The notes below the pieces were generated by a model. The model was not told the origin of the DNA, ran no database searches, and saw nothing but the letters and a program-made list of their open reading frames with translations. Source: Mustelus asterias (Eukaryota). Taken from it: a stretch of 64,000 bases of DNA. A program made the position numbers and the translations under genes. Where the stretch lies: the NCBI RefSeq assembly GCF_964213995.1, contig NC_135811.1:51832001-51896000 (forward strand), read 5' to 3'. Of this stretch, positions 50,322 through 62,845 are shown piece by piece (position 1 is the stretch's first letter; each line of letters opens with the position of its first letter).

Positions 50322-50528
50322 CTGTGAAATTCCCCTAGTCGCCTCAGTTCAAGTCAATGCACCTAACCAACACGTCTTTCAGAATGTGGGAGGAAACTGG
50401 CGCACCCGGAGGAAACCCACACAAACACAGGGAGAATGTGCAAACTCCACACAGACAATGACTCAAGCCAGGAATCAAACCCGGGTCCCTGGTGCTGTGA
50501 AGCAGCAGTGCTAACCACTGTGCTACCA
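50322..50528 (-). mobile_element. SINE type B, partial
   Basis: Head and core with the start of the type B tail. Confidence 0.75.
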
Positions 50529-51189
50529 TCATCTGCAAAGGAGTGTTTCAGCAATTGTCCCACCCCAAGTGTAGTACTGAGGGAGTGCTACACTGTTGGA
50601 CGTGCCACCTTTTGCATGGGGCTTCAAATTGAAGCTTATTCTATTTCACGGATAACTCAATTTTACAAAAATAGATCTGTGACACATTCATCAGGATATT
50701 TTTGTTTTGTGCTGAGCTGTATCAAATTTGGAGAACCCCAGTTCTTTTATTCAGATCTTAAACTGCTCAACCAAAGATTTAGTAATGAACTAGTCAATTT
50801 CTCTTTGCAAATGGTGAAGCAAAATCAAGTGTCATCTTCATGTGAAATGGTAGTGTGTGTGAACCATTGACTCAGGGTTTAGTCATAAATTTAACCCTTT
50901 TAAAGGCAGTCTTTAGTTTTATAGGTATAAATTCTACATGTACAATAGAACTGCTTTTGTGAGTGTCATACTGCAATTATATCATCTCATCATCGGTGGC
51001 ACTGCAGAGGGAGAAAGTTTGGGTTATATGGTAATACTAAATAACTAAGGATGAAAAAGTACGGTTTTAACCAAATTCACCTCATATGCTGTGATTGCAA
51101 AATATTTGCAAAACTTAGTTTAATCTTCAAAAATACCTTATGTCATTAAAACACAGAGTGGGGTGTGACATGTTAATGGAAGAATAAAA

Positions 51190-52740
51190 GATATAGGAAC
51201 AGAAGTTAAGCATGTGGCCTGTCGCGACTGCTCCACCATTTAATATGATCATGGCTAATCTTGGGTTTTAACTCCAATTTCCTGCCCATTGCTCATAACC
51301 CTTAAAGCCCTGAGAGATCAAAAATCTATCTATCCCAACCTTAAATGTATTCAATGACGGGGTGTTCACAACTCTTTGGAGTAAAGAATTCTAAAGATGC
51401 CCAACCCTTTGAGTGAAGTAACCTCAGCCCTTAATGATTGGCCCCTTATCCCGAGATTCTGTTTTAGATTGTCCTATCAGCAAAAAAATCTATCAGCATC
51501 CACCCCATCAAGCCCCTTCAGTCTCATACAATGAGGAGAAATGTGAGGTTATCCACTTCAGTAGCAATAATGGGAAGGTAGATTATTATTTGAATGGGTG
51601 TAAATGAAAGAGGTGGACACTCAGTGAGACCTTGGTGTCCACATGCATCAGTCGCTGAAAGTAAGCGTGCAGGTACAGCAGGCAGTAAAGAAGGCAAATG
51701 GTATGTTGGCCTTCATAGCGAGAGGATTTGAGTACAGGAATAGGGATGTTTTATTGCAATTGTGCAGGGTGCTGGTGAGCCATGGCTGTAAGCTCCACTT
51801 GGGGACATTTGAAATGCCTATTAGAGGGGAAGGAGTGTGCGCTGTCAGAGGTGTGCGTTCATCTTCATGAAACCATCCAATATCATTTACTGCAATTGTA
51901 TAGGGCATTGGTGAGGCCACACCTGGAATATTGTGTGCAGTTTTGGTGTCCTTATCTGAGGAAGGATGTCCTTGCTATAAAGGGAGTGCAGCGAAAGTTT
52001 ACCAGGCTGATTCCTGGGATGGCAGGTCTGTCATATAAGGAGAGACTAATTCGGTTAGGATTGTATTCAGTGGAGTTTGGAAGTGTGAGAGGGGATCTCA
52101 TAGAAACTTATAAAATTCTAACAGGGTGAGACAGGGTAGATTCAGAAAGAATGTTCCCAATGGTGGGGGAGTCCAGAACTAGGGGGTCATAGTTTGAGGA
52201 TAAGGGGTAAACCTTTTAGGAATGAGGTGAGAAGAAATTTCTTCACCCAGAGAATGGTGAATGTGTGGAATTCACTACCACAGAATGTAGTCGAGGCCAA
52301 AATGTTGTGTGATTTCATGAAGAAATTTGATATAGCTCTGGGGGCTAAAGGATCAAGGGATATGGGAGGAAGGTATTCAAGATATTGAATTCGATGATCA
52401 GCCATGATCAAGACGAATGGCGGAGCAGACTCGAAGGGCCGAATGGCCTATTCCTGCTTCTAGTTTCTTTGTTTCTATGTATCGTGGTTGATTCTTAAAT
52501 GCCACCTCTAGGGATCGAAGGATATGGCGGGAAAGGTAGGATCAGGATATTGAATTTGATGAACAGCCATGATCAAAATGAATGGCGGAGTGGGCTCGAA
52601 GGGCTGAATGGCCTCCTCCTGCTTCTAGTTTCTATGAGATTACCTCTCATTCTTCTAAACTCCGGAGAAAATGGATTCAATTCACTCAGCCTCTCATCAT
52701 AGGATGACTCCCTCATCCAAGGAATCAATTTAGTTAGCCA
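51190..52740. mobile_element. Cluster of CR1 fragments: an older minus-strand copy split by plus-strand copies (about 51530-52640)
   Basis: QVQQAVKKANGMLAFIARGFEYRNRDVLLQL; [24 protein letters not shown]; RNFFTQRMVNVWNSLP. Confidence 0.85.
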
Positions 52741-53184
52741 ATGACACTTCACTACATTTTATAATTACAATTTCTGGGAATATGAAGTATGAAATTGGTT
52801 TTTGGCACAAAATACCCACCTAACTTTCATTTTGAAGTCTATGTAAAACTCCTTTATATAGGTCGAATTGACTCAGTTCTAGAATGCAATTTATTATTGT
52901 TAGGAATTCACAATTGTTGCAAGATAAAATAAATAGGAGAAACAAAAATACTGCACGCGTTTTGTTCAAATGCCCAGTAACTCAAACTTTCTGATATTCT
53001 TCCTCTGCCTTATAATCTTTATCCATTTAAAATACTGCAGAGAGATTTGGTACAAGGAGACTGAGTTTTTATGAGTGTGTCCACAGTTACTTCTGTCCTT
53101 GTATTCTCTCACATACACTCATACACACACTCCTCGGCACACTCATTCTCATACACCCACCCTCTTGCAAAACCCCATTACATG

Positions 53185-53345
53185 CCCTGCCCTCTTGCCC
53201 GCCCCCACGCTCTCGCCCGCCCCCGCCCTCTCGCCCGCCCCCTCACCCGCTCTCGCCCGCCCCCGGCCTCTCGCCCACCCCCACCCTCTCGCCCACCCCC
53301 ACCCTCTCGCCCGCCCTCTCGCCCGCCCCCACGCTCCCCCGCGCT
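53185..53345. repeat. C-rich degenerate tandem repeat (ctctcgcccRcccc)n
   Basis: Visible units of about 14-18 nt; G-tract-rich on the minus strand. Confidence 0.85.
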
Positions 53346-53489
53346 CACGCGTGGCTGGACTTCAGGATGGGTAGCTAGCTGATGAAGCAACTAGATGTCA
53401 TTGGTGTTGGGTTGCGTGTGGAAGCAAGCCACCCCCCTCCCTGGGTTGGGAGTGGGTGGGGCAGCTATGTGACTCTGAGTGGGAATGGA

Positions 53490-54220
53490 GAGGTGGTGGC
53501 ATAGTGATATTTTCACTGGGCTACTGCCTGTGGACCCAGGTTCAAATCCCACCACTGTCGATGAATTCAGTACAAATCTGGGATTAAAAGTCGAATAAAC
53601 CAATAGAAATGATGCAGTATAGAATGGAGCCATTCAGACCATCTTGTTCATGTCGACCCAAAGACACCCAGGTGTTCTTTCTAATCCCATCTTCCTATGC
53701 ATGACTCATAGCCCTGCAATTTACAGCACTTAAGGTGCAGATCCAGGTCCTTTTTAAATGAGTTTAGGGTCTCTGCCTCCACCACCAACTCAGGCAGCAA
53801 ATTCCAAACACCCACCACCCTCTGCGTAAAAAGGTTTTTCCTTATGTTCCCGTTAACCCTTCTGCCACTTAGCTTGAACCTATGACCCCTGGTTTTTGAA
53901 CTCTCTGCCAAGGGAGATAGTTTCCTCCTGTCTACCCTCTCCCTAGCCCTCACAATTTTGTACGTCTCAATTATGTCACCCCTCAGCCTTCTCAGTTCCA
54001 AAAAAACAAACCAACCTTTTCATGATAATTATGAAAGCATTGCTGATTGGTGTAAAAACCCATCTGGTTCACTAATGCCCTTTAAGGATAGGAATCTGCC
54101 ATCCTGCCTAGTCTGGTTTACACGTGACTCCAGATCCACAGCAATGTGGTTGACTCTTAACTGCCTCTTCAAGGTGCAACTAGGGATGAGCGTGTCCCAT
54201 GAATGAATGAACAATAAATA
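53490..54220 (+). mobile_element. MER131-like SINE split by a minus-strand CR1 3' fragment (about 53605-54005)
   Basis: Head ggtggcatagtg...ggttcaaatccc. The core aaaacccatctggttcactaatgccctttaagg resumes after the CR1 piece (LRRLRGDIIETYK..FTQRVVGVWNLLP). Confidence 0.6.
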
Positions 54221-54509
54221 AGACCAGGTTATGGACTGGTTAAAATTCTCCTGCTCTTTCCAGTAATCCCTTTTAGCTGGGCCACCAGCTGATACTGGAG
54301 CCTAGTGCACATCCCACTCAGTGCTGTCCTAAAATGGTAAACAGGCCTCTCAGTAAGTTATAGGGCCCTAAGCTGTATATTAAAGTAATCCTCAATCCTG
54401 AGGGATTGCCTAAGGGAAGATTAAATTTCCCATCTCCTGATTATTTTTTCATAGATACGCTGCTGCACATTCACACTCACACTTCTGAACTCACAAACAC
54501 AGTCTGGCT

Positions 54510-54730
54510 CTTTCCTCACTCCCCCCTCACTCCCCCCTCACTCCCCCCTCACTCCTCCCATACTCCTCCCCTCACTCCTCCCCTCACTCCGCCCTCACTC
54601 TCTTTCACTGTTCACTCTCTCACACTCTCTCTCTCACTCCTGACTCACTCATGCTGTTTCCCTCCCTTTCTCTCGCTCTCCCATCTCTTCCTCACTCTCC
54701 CTCTCTCCTTCCTCACTCCCTGCCCCATCT
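54510..54730. repeat. Pyrimidine-rich low-complexity (ctcact/ctccc)n tract
   Basis: Visible low complexity. Confidence 0.8.
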
Positions 54731-55214
54731 TTCACACATACATCTGAACACAAACACAGTTGGCCTCCCTCCTTCATTCTCCCTCTTTGCTCCCTCCCTC
54801 ACCCACACTAACTTCTGAACACGCACAGTTCATCTCGCTCCCTCCCCCACTTTCACACACACATATATATGCCTCGCGCACACACACTCACTGTAACACC
54901 TGGGATCTGGTTCTCAAATTGTTATTTTTGGCTCTGACCGAAATACTACTGCTTCATTTTGATGTTGAAAGATTTAGTGGAAAATCCAACAGATAAGAAA
55001 TTGAAAGGTTGTGGCTGTCCCATGCATGCTGCATCAATACAGGAAGCACTGCTAGATTAATCCGTCTATCAAATCTGTGGACCTTCCCTTTGTATTTACT
55101 GAGAAGTTACAATTACTGATTGTCCATTATTATCCAACCCTGTCCTGTTGCGCCACCTGCTGCCTTAAAATAACAAGACACCTTTTGATCAAAATGCAGT
55201 TTGCTTGGAAATAA

Positions 55215-55517
55215 AAATAAATAAATATTTATTAGTGTCACAAGTAGGCTTACATTAACACTGCAATGAAGTTACTGTGAAAATCCCCTAATTGCCACAC
55301 TCCCTGTTTGGGTACACAGAGGGAGAATTTAGCATGGCCAATGCACCTAACCAGCATGTTTCAGACTGTGGGAGGAAACCAGAGCACCCGGAGAAAACCC
55401 ACGCAGGCACGGGGAGAACGTGCAGATTCCGCACAGACAGTGACCCAAGCTGGGAATTGAACCTGGGTCCCTGGCGCTGTGGAGGCAGCAGTGTTAACCA
55501 CTGTGCCACCGTGCCAC
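55215..55517 (-). mobile_element. SINE type B
   Basis: Full copy. Confidence 0.85.
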
Positions 55518-56171
55518 CAACTGCAGGTTAACTCATTAATAACCAGCATCCTGTGAATCCTGCGAACAGGAATTCATTACTCAGGTACTGACTATTCAGA
55601 GAACTGCTAAGGTCCAGGCCAAAGTGCAGAAAACTGGAGATTTGTTTAAATCCATCCTGCTGTGTGCCAGGTTCGATATAACACATTATTTTAGGTCTTC
55701 AGTATGTTTTTGACTTAACTTTCCAACACAGATTGTAATCTCAGGCAGAGAATCTGGTCGATTTAACAATCTAAAATAAAAATATTCCCATCTGCAAGCT
55801 GAGGTAGATGGGCCCAATGGCCTTCCATAACCTCATGATGATGCATAATATACTATCAGATAATGTAGGTGAGCCAATTGGAAGGAATAATTGAATGCAT
55901 CTGCTGCCAGAGGCAGTCTATTACATTGCAATACGTAGTAGAAATTTCAGGTTTGCACAAACCTTGGTATATAAACAGACTGAAATTATTCATTGATCTT
56001 TTACATTGTTAATGCTGTCAGCCAGTTCATTTGTTCAACAAAATTCTCCCTATTCCCGTAAAGTTTGCCCTGGACATGATCCTAAATGGGTCATGCATTT
56101 CAGGGCATCGGTGACTATGAAACTATAGATGTTCACCATTGCTGCCCTCGTCAAATAACAACAACCTCTAA

Positions 56172-56306
56172 CGGGATTTTCTGACTGCGCTCACCCCAGG
56201 CCAGAAAACTCCTGCCCAAGGTCAATGGACCTTTGCATGGTCCGCCGAATCTTCTATCCCGCCCGCTATGATTCCCGTGGCAGGTGGGACGGGAAAATTC
56301 CGCCCC
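56172..56306. mobile_element. MITE-like element (same family as 5765-5890)
   Basis: cgggatttt...aggtcaatggacctttgcatggtcc...gggaaaattccgcccc. Confidence 0.65.
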
Positions 56307-56894
56307 TAGAATTCACGGTTAAATGTCAAAATCCAGAAGTTGCTATCAGCAATTCCACGTTTCCCAAGTCCATGGAATGCAGTGCTGAATTCCACCTTCC
56401 ACCTTCCACCCAGACTGCAATCAATTAGACATCACTGAACTAACCTAAACTTCCATTCATATTCTCCGAATCTCCCAGTAAAAACCCTTGAGAAAATTGG
56501 AACTTGTTGAATGAGATGTAACTGTGATTTTAACAGCGTACTAACTTCCTGGTTACTGCTAAACTGCGTCACTAACCCTGAAAAAGTCATTATGTATTTT
56601 TGGAATTTCAAATGTCTCCATTATGAGGGATTCCGCATTTTGTGAAATAATCTCTTTTTAGAAGTTTATGGTGTTTTATCAATCCAGCAGGGGTGCCTCA
56701 ATGAATGATTTCACTATCTGCAGGAAATTAAAATGATAAGTGAAGGTAGCATTCTGAAGTTTTACTTCCCGGTTTACTGATTGTGAGACTGCTTTGTGTA
56801 ATATCACGCTTAAATTCAGCTGGACGCCTGGAGATCCTCTAGATCTGATGCCAGATTCAAACTAGCGTCATGAAAGGGAAAGTCCACAACATTA

Positions 56895-57246
56895 GGGCGG
56901 CACGGTGGCACAGTGATTAGCACTGCTGTCTCACAGCACCAGGGACCTGGGTTCAATTCCAGCTTCGGGTCATTGTCTGTGTGGAGTTTGCACATTCTCC
57001 CCGTGTCTGCGTGGGTTTCCTCCGGGTGCTCCGCTTTCCTCCCACAGTCCAAAGATATGCGGGTTAGGTGGATTGGCCATGCTAAATTGCCCCTTAATGT
57101 CCCAAGATGTGTAGGTTAGTGCTAGGGGGATTAGCAGGGTAAATAGATGGGGTTAAGGGGTTAGGGCCTGGGTGGGATTGTTGTCAGTGCAGACTCAATG
57201 GGCTGAATGGCCTCCTTCTGCACTGTAGGGATTCTATGATTCTATG
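56895..57246 (+). mobile_element. SINE type A (full length)
   Basis: gggcggcacggtggcacagtg...gggattctatgattctatg. Confidence 0.88.
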
Positions 57247-57600
57247 CTCTGATGCCAGATTCAAACTAACTTCATGAAAGAGGGAGGACACAACACAGGA
57301 ATTACTAGATCTTCGTGAGTAGCTTTTTCAGAGAGGTCAGCGATAAGCACCATTCCTTCACCACTGACTGAAAGATCCAGATCATTGAAATGATTCCATA
57401 GTCCCAGAGAGAGAGAGAAAACTAGCAGCTTAGTTGAGGCTAGAACTGAACATTAATTCGACGGAACAGCAATTTAACCCATGGCCTAATCCAATGCTGG
57501 CTTTGAGATGTGTTTAGCCTTAAAATACAGCTTCTATATATTTTGAACCATGAAAATTCTGCAGGAGTTTGGCCCTCCTGGAAGTGATTTGTTTCTGTAA

Positions 57601-57921
57601 TCATAGAATCACAGAATCCCTACAATGCAGAAGGAGGCATTCAGCCCATCGAACCTGCACCAACCACAATCCTACCCAGGCCCTACTCCGGTAGCCCCAC
57701 GCATTTACCCTGCTAATCCCCTGACAGAGTCAATTTAGCATGGTCAATCCATCTAACCCACACATTTTTGGACTGTGGGAGGAAACCGGAGCACCCAGAG
57801 GAAACCCACACAGACACGGCGAGAAAGTGCAAACTCCACACAGATAGTGACCTGAGCCCAGAGTTGAACCTGGGACCCTGGTGCTGTCAGGCAGCAATGC
57901 TAACCACTGTGCCACCATGCC
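57601..57921 (-). mobile_element. SINE type A
   Basis: Full copy, inverted relative to 56895-57246. Confidence 0.85.
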
Positions 57922-58179
57922 GATTGTTTCGCTGCATGGTGTCTAGGTTGTAGACTGTGAAAGTCTTGCTTGGAGTGAATTCACTCTAACCTCTTAAGTA
58001 CTTTGAGAAACATCTTTGCGGGAGGGAAAGCAGGGCTGAGCTTAATTTTACTGCTCTTTGACAAATAAATTTATCAATCAGCGCATTTAGTCAAGCAACA
58101 GCCCCGTGATTTACCAAAGAAATGGTAGCACATTTGCCTATCTTTTTATTCACACATCTTTTAAAAAAATTTTGAACAT

Positions 58180-58905
58180 ATAAAGGGAAAGACTCTTAGT
58201 ACTGTAGAGGATCAGAAGGACCTTGGGGTCCAGGTCCATAGGACTCTGAAATCGGCCCCGCAGGTGGAGGAGGTGGTTAAGAAGGCGTATGGTGTGCTGG
58301 CCTTTATCAATCGAGGGATTGAGATTAGGAGTCCGGGGATAATGATGCAGCTATATAAGACCCTCGTCAGACCCCACTTGGAGTACTGTGCTCAGTTCTG
58401 GTCGCCTCACTATAGGAAGGATGTGGAAAAGATTGAAAGGGTGCAGAGGAGATTTACAAGGATGTTGCCCGGATTGAGTGGCATGCCTTATGAGGATAGG
58501 CTGAGGGAGCTCGGTCTTTTCTCCTTGGAGAGACGAAGGATGAGAGGAGACCTAATAGAGGTGTATAAGATGTTGAGAGGCATAGGTCGGGTGGACTCTC
58601 AGAGGCTTTTTCCCAGGGTGGAAATGTCTGCTACGAGAGGACACAGGTTTAGCGTGCTGGGGGGTAAGTACAGGGGAGATGTTAGGGGTAAGTTTTTCAC
58701 ACACAGGGTGGTGGGCGAGTGGAATCGGCTGCCGTCAGTGGTGGTGGAGGCGAACTCAATAGGGTCTTTTAAGAGACTCCTGGATGAGTACATGGAGCTT
58801 AATAGGATGGAGTGTTATAGGTAGGTCTAGAAGGTAGGGATGTGTTCGGCACAACTTGTGGGCCAAAGGGCCTGTTTGTGCTGTAGTTTTTCTATGTTTC
58901 TATAT
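58180..58905 (+). mobile_element. Young CR1 (HER1-like) 3' fragment
   Basis: Uninterrupted 186-aa [27 protein letters not shown]...RGDLIEVYKML...; the 3'UTR resembles the CR1 nested at about 37660-37938. Confidence 0.92.
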
Positions 58906-59877
58906 TAAATAAGGTAGAGAAAAAATAACAGCCTGAAGAATGTGCATTTTAAAGTATAGTAAAGTGGTTATGTTACAAATAGCAACCCAAAGGACTGGAT
59001 TAATGATATCACCATGATCACCTCGACAGTAATTTGTTGGAGTGAGTCTCGTGCCCACTATAGTTACCGCCCAATTTTATATCATTGAAATCAACAGACT
59101 GAAAATCGGATGGGTTCTATAATAGGCGGACAGCTCACTCTGCCAGGTTACTGCCCAAGCAGTGAAGGTGCAACTTGTTCCCAATACTTCTGTCTGATAG
59201 ATATTAAATAAAGAGACCAAGAACACATTCTGCCCAAACTCTATTGAAGCAATCATAGAATCACTACAGTGCATTCGGCCCATCGAGTCTGCACCCACAA
59301 CAATCCCACTCAGACTCTATCATCGTAACCCCACATATTTACCCTGCAAGTCCAAATCCTTACAAACCACTTCCTTTAAACAAATTCCCACCTATATTGT
59401 GGCAACCTTTTTCTTGAATAATATTTTATTGACCTTTTTCCGTAGATACAAAGAAGACAATATTAAAAGGTATGTGGCAGCTTTGTGTTGCAAATAATTG
59501 AACAGCAATCATTTAAATTGGAACGTGCAAACAAGCTACTCAACCCATCCAGCTTGTCTCATCCATTTGAGGGCCCCACTCAATCCATTTTCATTGTGTT
59601 AAGTGTTTGTCCATTGCATGGGATGACAACTTTTTTCCTGGATATGTATGTGTCAAATTCCCAGGCTGTGGTTTCTGGTGTTTCTCATCATCTCCTTTGG
59701 TTTAGGATCCCAAGTCCACCTCTTCCCATAAACTGCAGCATCTCGACAGTCTGGCGGTGACCATGTGCATACAACGTTATTGTACAAAACCCTTGCCACA
59801 GGTTCCTGTCTCCCAATACTTTAAGAAGTCTCACAACACCAGGGTTAAAGTTCAACAGGTTTATTTGGTAGCAAAAG

Positions 59878-59914
59878 CCACTAGCTTTCGGAGCGCTGCC
59901 CCTTCGTCAGGTGA
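59878..59914 (-). ncRNA. Minimal hammerhead ribozyme motif, intact core
   Basis: Minus strand: tcac CTGACGAA ggggcagcgctcc GAAA GCTA gtgg. Confidence 0.72.
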
Positions 59915-60322
59915 GTGGGAGTTTTATTCACAAGCAGGGCATATAAAGACACAAGCTCAATTTACAAAATAATGATTGGAATGCGAGTCTTTACAGGTAA
60001 TCAAGTCTTAAAGGTACAGACAATGTGAGTGGAGGGAGCGTTAAGCACAGGTTAAAGAGATGTGTATTGTCTCCAGACCGGACAGTTAGTGAGATTTTGC
60101 AAGTCCAGGCAAGTCATGGGGGTACCCACTGAACTTGCAAAATCTCACTAACTGTCCTGGCTGGAGACAATACACGTCTCTTTAACCTGTGCTGAACGCT
60201 CCCTCCACTCACATTGTCTGTACCTTTAAGACTTGATTACCTGTAAAGACTCGCATTCCAATCATTATTTTGTAAATTGAGTTTGTGTCTTTATATGCCC
60301 TGTTTGTGAACAGAACTCCCAC

Positions 60323-60359
60323 TCGCCTGACGAAGGGGCAGCACTCCAAAAGCTAGTGG
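60323..60359 (+). ncRNA. Minimal hammerhead motif with the catalytic G mutated
   Basis: CTGACGAA ggggcagcactcc AAAA GCTA gtgg; G>A at 60348 (G12 equivalent) and at 60343. Confidence 0.6.
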
Positions 60360-60800
60360 CTTGTGCTACCAAATAAACCTGTTGGACTTTAACCTGGTGT
60401 TGTGAGACTTCTTACTGTGTTTACCCCAGTCCAACGCCGGCATCTCCACATCCCAAAACTTTCACAGAGGAGCTATCTCCTTTGAAACTAATCGAATAAG
60501 TTTGTGGAGAGGTGAATGCGATACACTGGCATGATGTTTCTGTACAATAATACTGCATGCAGTGACAAACAGGATGAAAACCCTCCAGCCAGGCCCCCTC
60601 CACGATACTGAACATCATCTACATTATAATGATATTTTTAAATGGAATGTGCACGCATGATATCAAGATGCACTCCAGCATATAGCACCATTGCCTGGTT
60701 GCACCACCAGCTGCATCTCATGCCAACCTGAGCCATATAACTAATACAAGACCTATACGTTGACTGGGGCAAGTCCTCTGGTGTAATGTCTGCCTTTTGA

Positions 60801-61061
<261 letters not shown>

Positions 61062-61511
61062 TAAGGTCTCAGTTCATAAACCACAGCACTGAGTCAAATA
61101 CTAGCCAAAGTCGCAAATATATACTGGTGTACTTAGGATAAATAAATAAGCACTTAGAAAATAAACTGTTCAATTTTGCTATTCCCTGTCTGTACATCAA
61201 TCTTTATTTTGACTATTTTAGTTTTGGTTTTCATTGATTTTCAGTTCTTCCCACTGATTCATGTTTCAGCCTTAACGTTTAGTTATTTGACCCCCCTGTT
61301 GATCCTCTGCCAAACTGACCGACTGGAATTTGAGAGTCATATCCCAAATGTTTGGCTTTAATGGCTGGACAACAGTTCCAAAGGACAGTTTTCCTGGGAA
61401 GTTGAGGCCCGAGAATCTAAATATTGACGTCAGGTTTGTGTTCTGGCCACTGCACCCTGCAAATCTTTGCTTCCCTATCTTCGATTTCCAGCCTCATTTC
61501 CTGAAACAAGA

Positions 61512-61865
61512 ATCATAGAATCCCTACAGTGCAGAAGAGGCCATTTGGCCAATTTGCACTAACTCTCTGACAGAGTATCTTACCCAGGCCCTCTCCCCAC
61601 CCTATCCCCATAACCTCACACATTTCCCATGGCTAATCCATCTAACCTAGATATCTTTGGACACTAAGGGGCAATTTACCTACCATGTCCAATTCACTTA
61701 ACCTGCACATCTTTGGACTGTGGGAGCAAACCGGAGCACCCGGAGGAAACCCACGCAGACATGGTGAGAATGTGCAAACTCCACACAGACAGTCACCCAA
61801 GGCTGGAATTGAACCCAGGTCCCTGGAGCTGTGAGGCAGCAGTGCTAACCACTGTGCCGACCACG
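61512..61865 (-). mobile_element. SINE type A
   Basis: Full copy. Confidence 0.85.
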
Positions 61866-61967
61866 GAAAGGCAGGCCTCAATCCATCTATTTTCAGGATC
61901 CTGGCCAAAATGTCCACGGCTGACCATAAGTGCAGTGGGTCATGCAGCAAAAGTTAGATTAGCTTGA

Positions 61968-62195
61968 GCAAAAATAAACAAATTACTGCGGATGCCGAAA
62001 TCTGAAACAAGAGCAGAGGATGCTGGAAAAATCCCGACAGGTCCGGTAGCATCTGTCAGGAGAGAAAGCAGAGTAAACCTTTGAGTGCTTTTGCTCCAGT
62101 TCTGACAAAGAGTCAAAGATGAAAAATGTGAACTCTGCTTTCTCTCCTTACAGATGCTGCCAGGCTTGCTGAGTTTTTCCAGCATCCTCTGTCCT
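61968..62195. mobile_element. Short inverted family-2 repeat (probably Penelope-derived)
   Basis: cagaggatgctggaaaaa...agcatctgt..gagagaaagcagagt versus actctgctttctctc..acagatgct...tttttccagcatcctctg. Confidence 0.65.
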
Positions 62196-62261
62196 TTAGC
62201 CAGGTTAACTTCCCTCCTTGAGTGGAAGTTAACCTGGCTAAAGGACAGAGGATGCTGGAAA
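62176..62261. repeat. Perfect 38-bp inverted repeat with a 10-nt loop
   Basis: tttccagcatcctctgtcctttagccaggttaacttcc [ctccttgagt] ggaagttaacctggctaaaggacagaggatgctggaaa. Confidence 0.97.
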
Positions 62262-62391
62262 TCAGCTGTAATCAGTATAAGGGAAACCACATGCATGAAT
62301 TACCACCTACTCACCTCATTACTTGGTGCAACCGGGTAAATAAAGACTGACCTTCAGCACAATGTCTAAGCCAGGCAATGAAAATTATTTA

Positions 62392-62582
62392 GAATCATAG
62401 AATCCCTACAGTGCAGGAGGAGGCCATTCGGCCCATCGAGTCTGCACCGACCACAATCCCACCCAGGCCCTATTCCCGTAACCCCACATATTTACCCTGC
62501 TAATCACCTGACACTAGGGTCAATTTAGCACGGCCAATCAACCTAACCCACATATCTTCAGACTGTGGGGAGAAACCAGAGC
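62392..62582 (-). mobile_element. SINE type A, 5'-truncated, about 100 nt upstream of the exon
   Basis: Tail and core only. Confidence 0.8.
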
Positions 62583-62680
62583 CTTAATGTTTAGTTTAGT
62601 TATTTACGTGTCGTGTTGCAAGCTACAGCCCAGGAGGACTTTACAAAGTTACAAATTAAAGTTCTTGTCTGTGTGACTAG

Positions 62681-62845
<165 letters not shown>

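Larger units (their letters stand above)
59822..60451. mobile_element. Penelope-like inverted terminal-repeat element (arms 59822-60108 and 60129-60414, plus a tail)
   Basis: Homologous to the non-coding end of 37381-39216. Flanked by tcccaa(t/a)acttt at 59811-59822 and 60451-60462. Confidence 0.9.

Noticed and set aside
56895-56970. tRNA genes suggested by A/B boxes
   Set aside because: These are tRNA-derived SINE heads that run straight into SINE core sequence, with no complete cloverleaf or acceptor stem.
58264-58824. Intact-looking 186-aa ORF (and the 183-aa ORF at 33709-34260) as host genes
   Set aside because: They are C-terminal ends of CR1 ORF2 from 5'-truncated insertions and lack the endonuclease and RT core.
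62095-62140. Functional hammerhead in family-2 repeats (also about 1-30, 13062-13092 and 49383-49412)
   Set aside because: Only partial CTGA..GA / GAAAC cores remain; every copy here is degenerate or interrupted.
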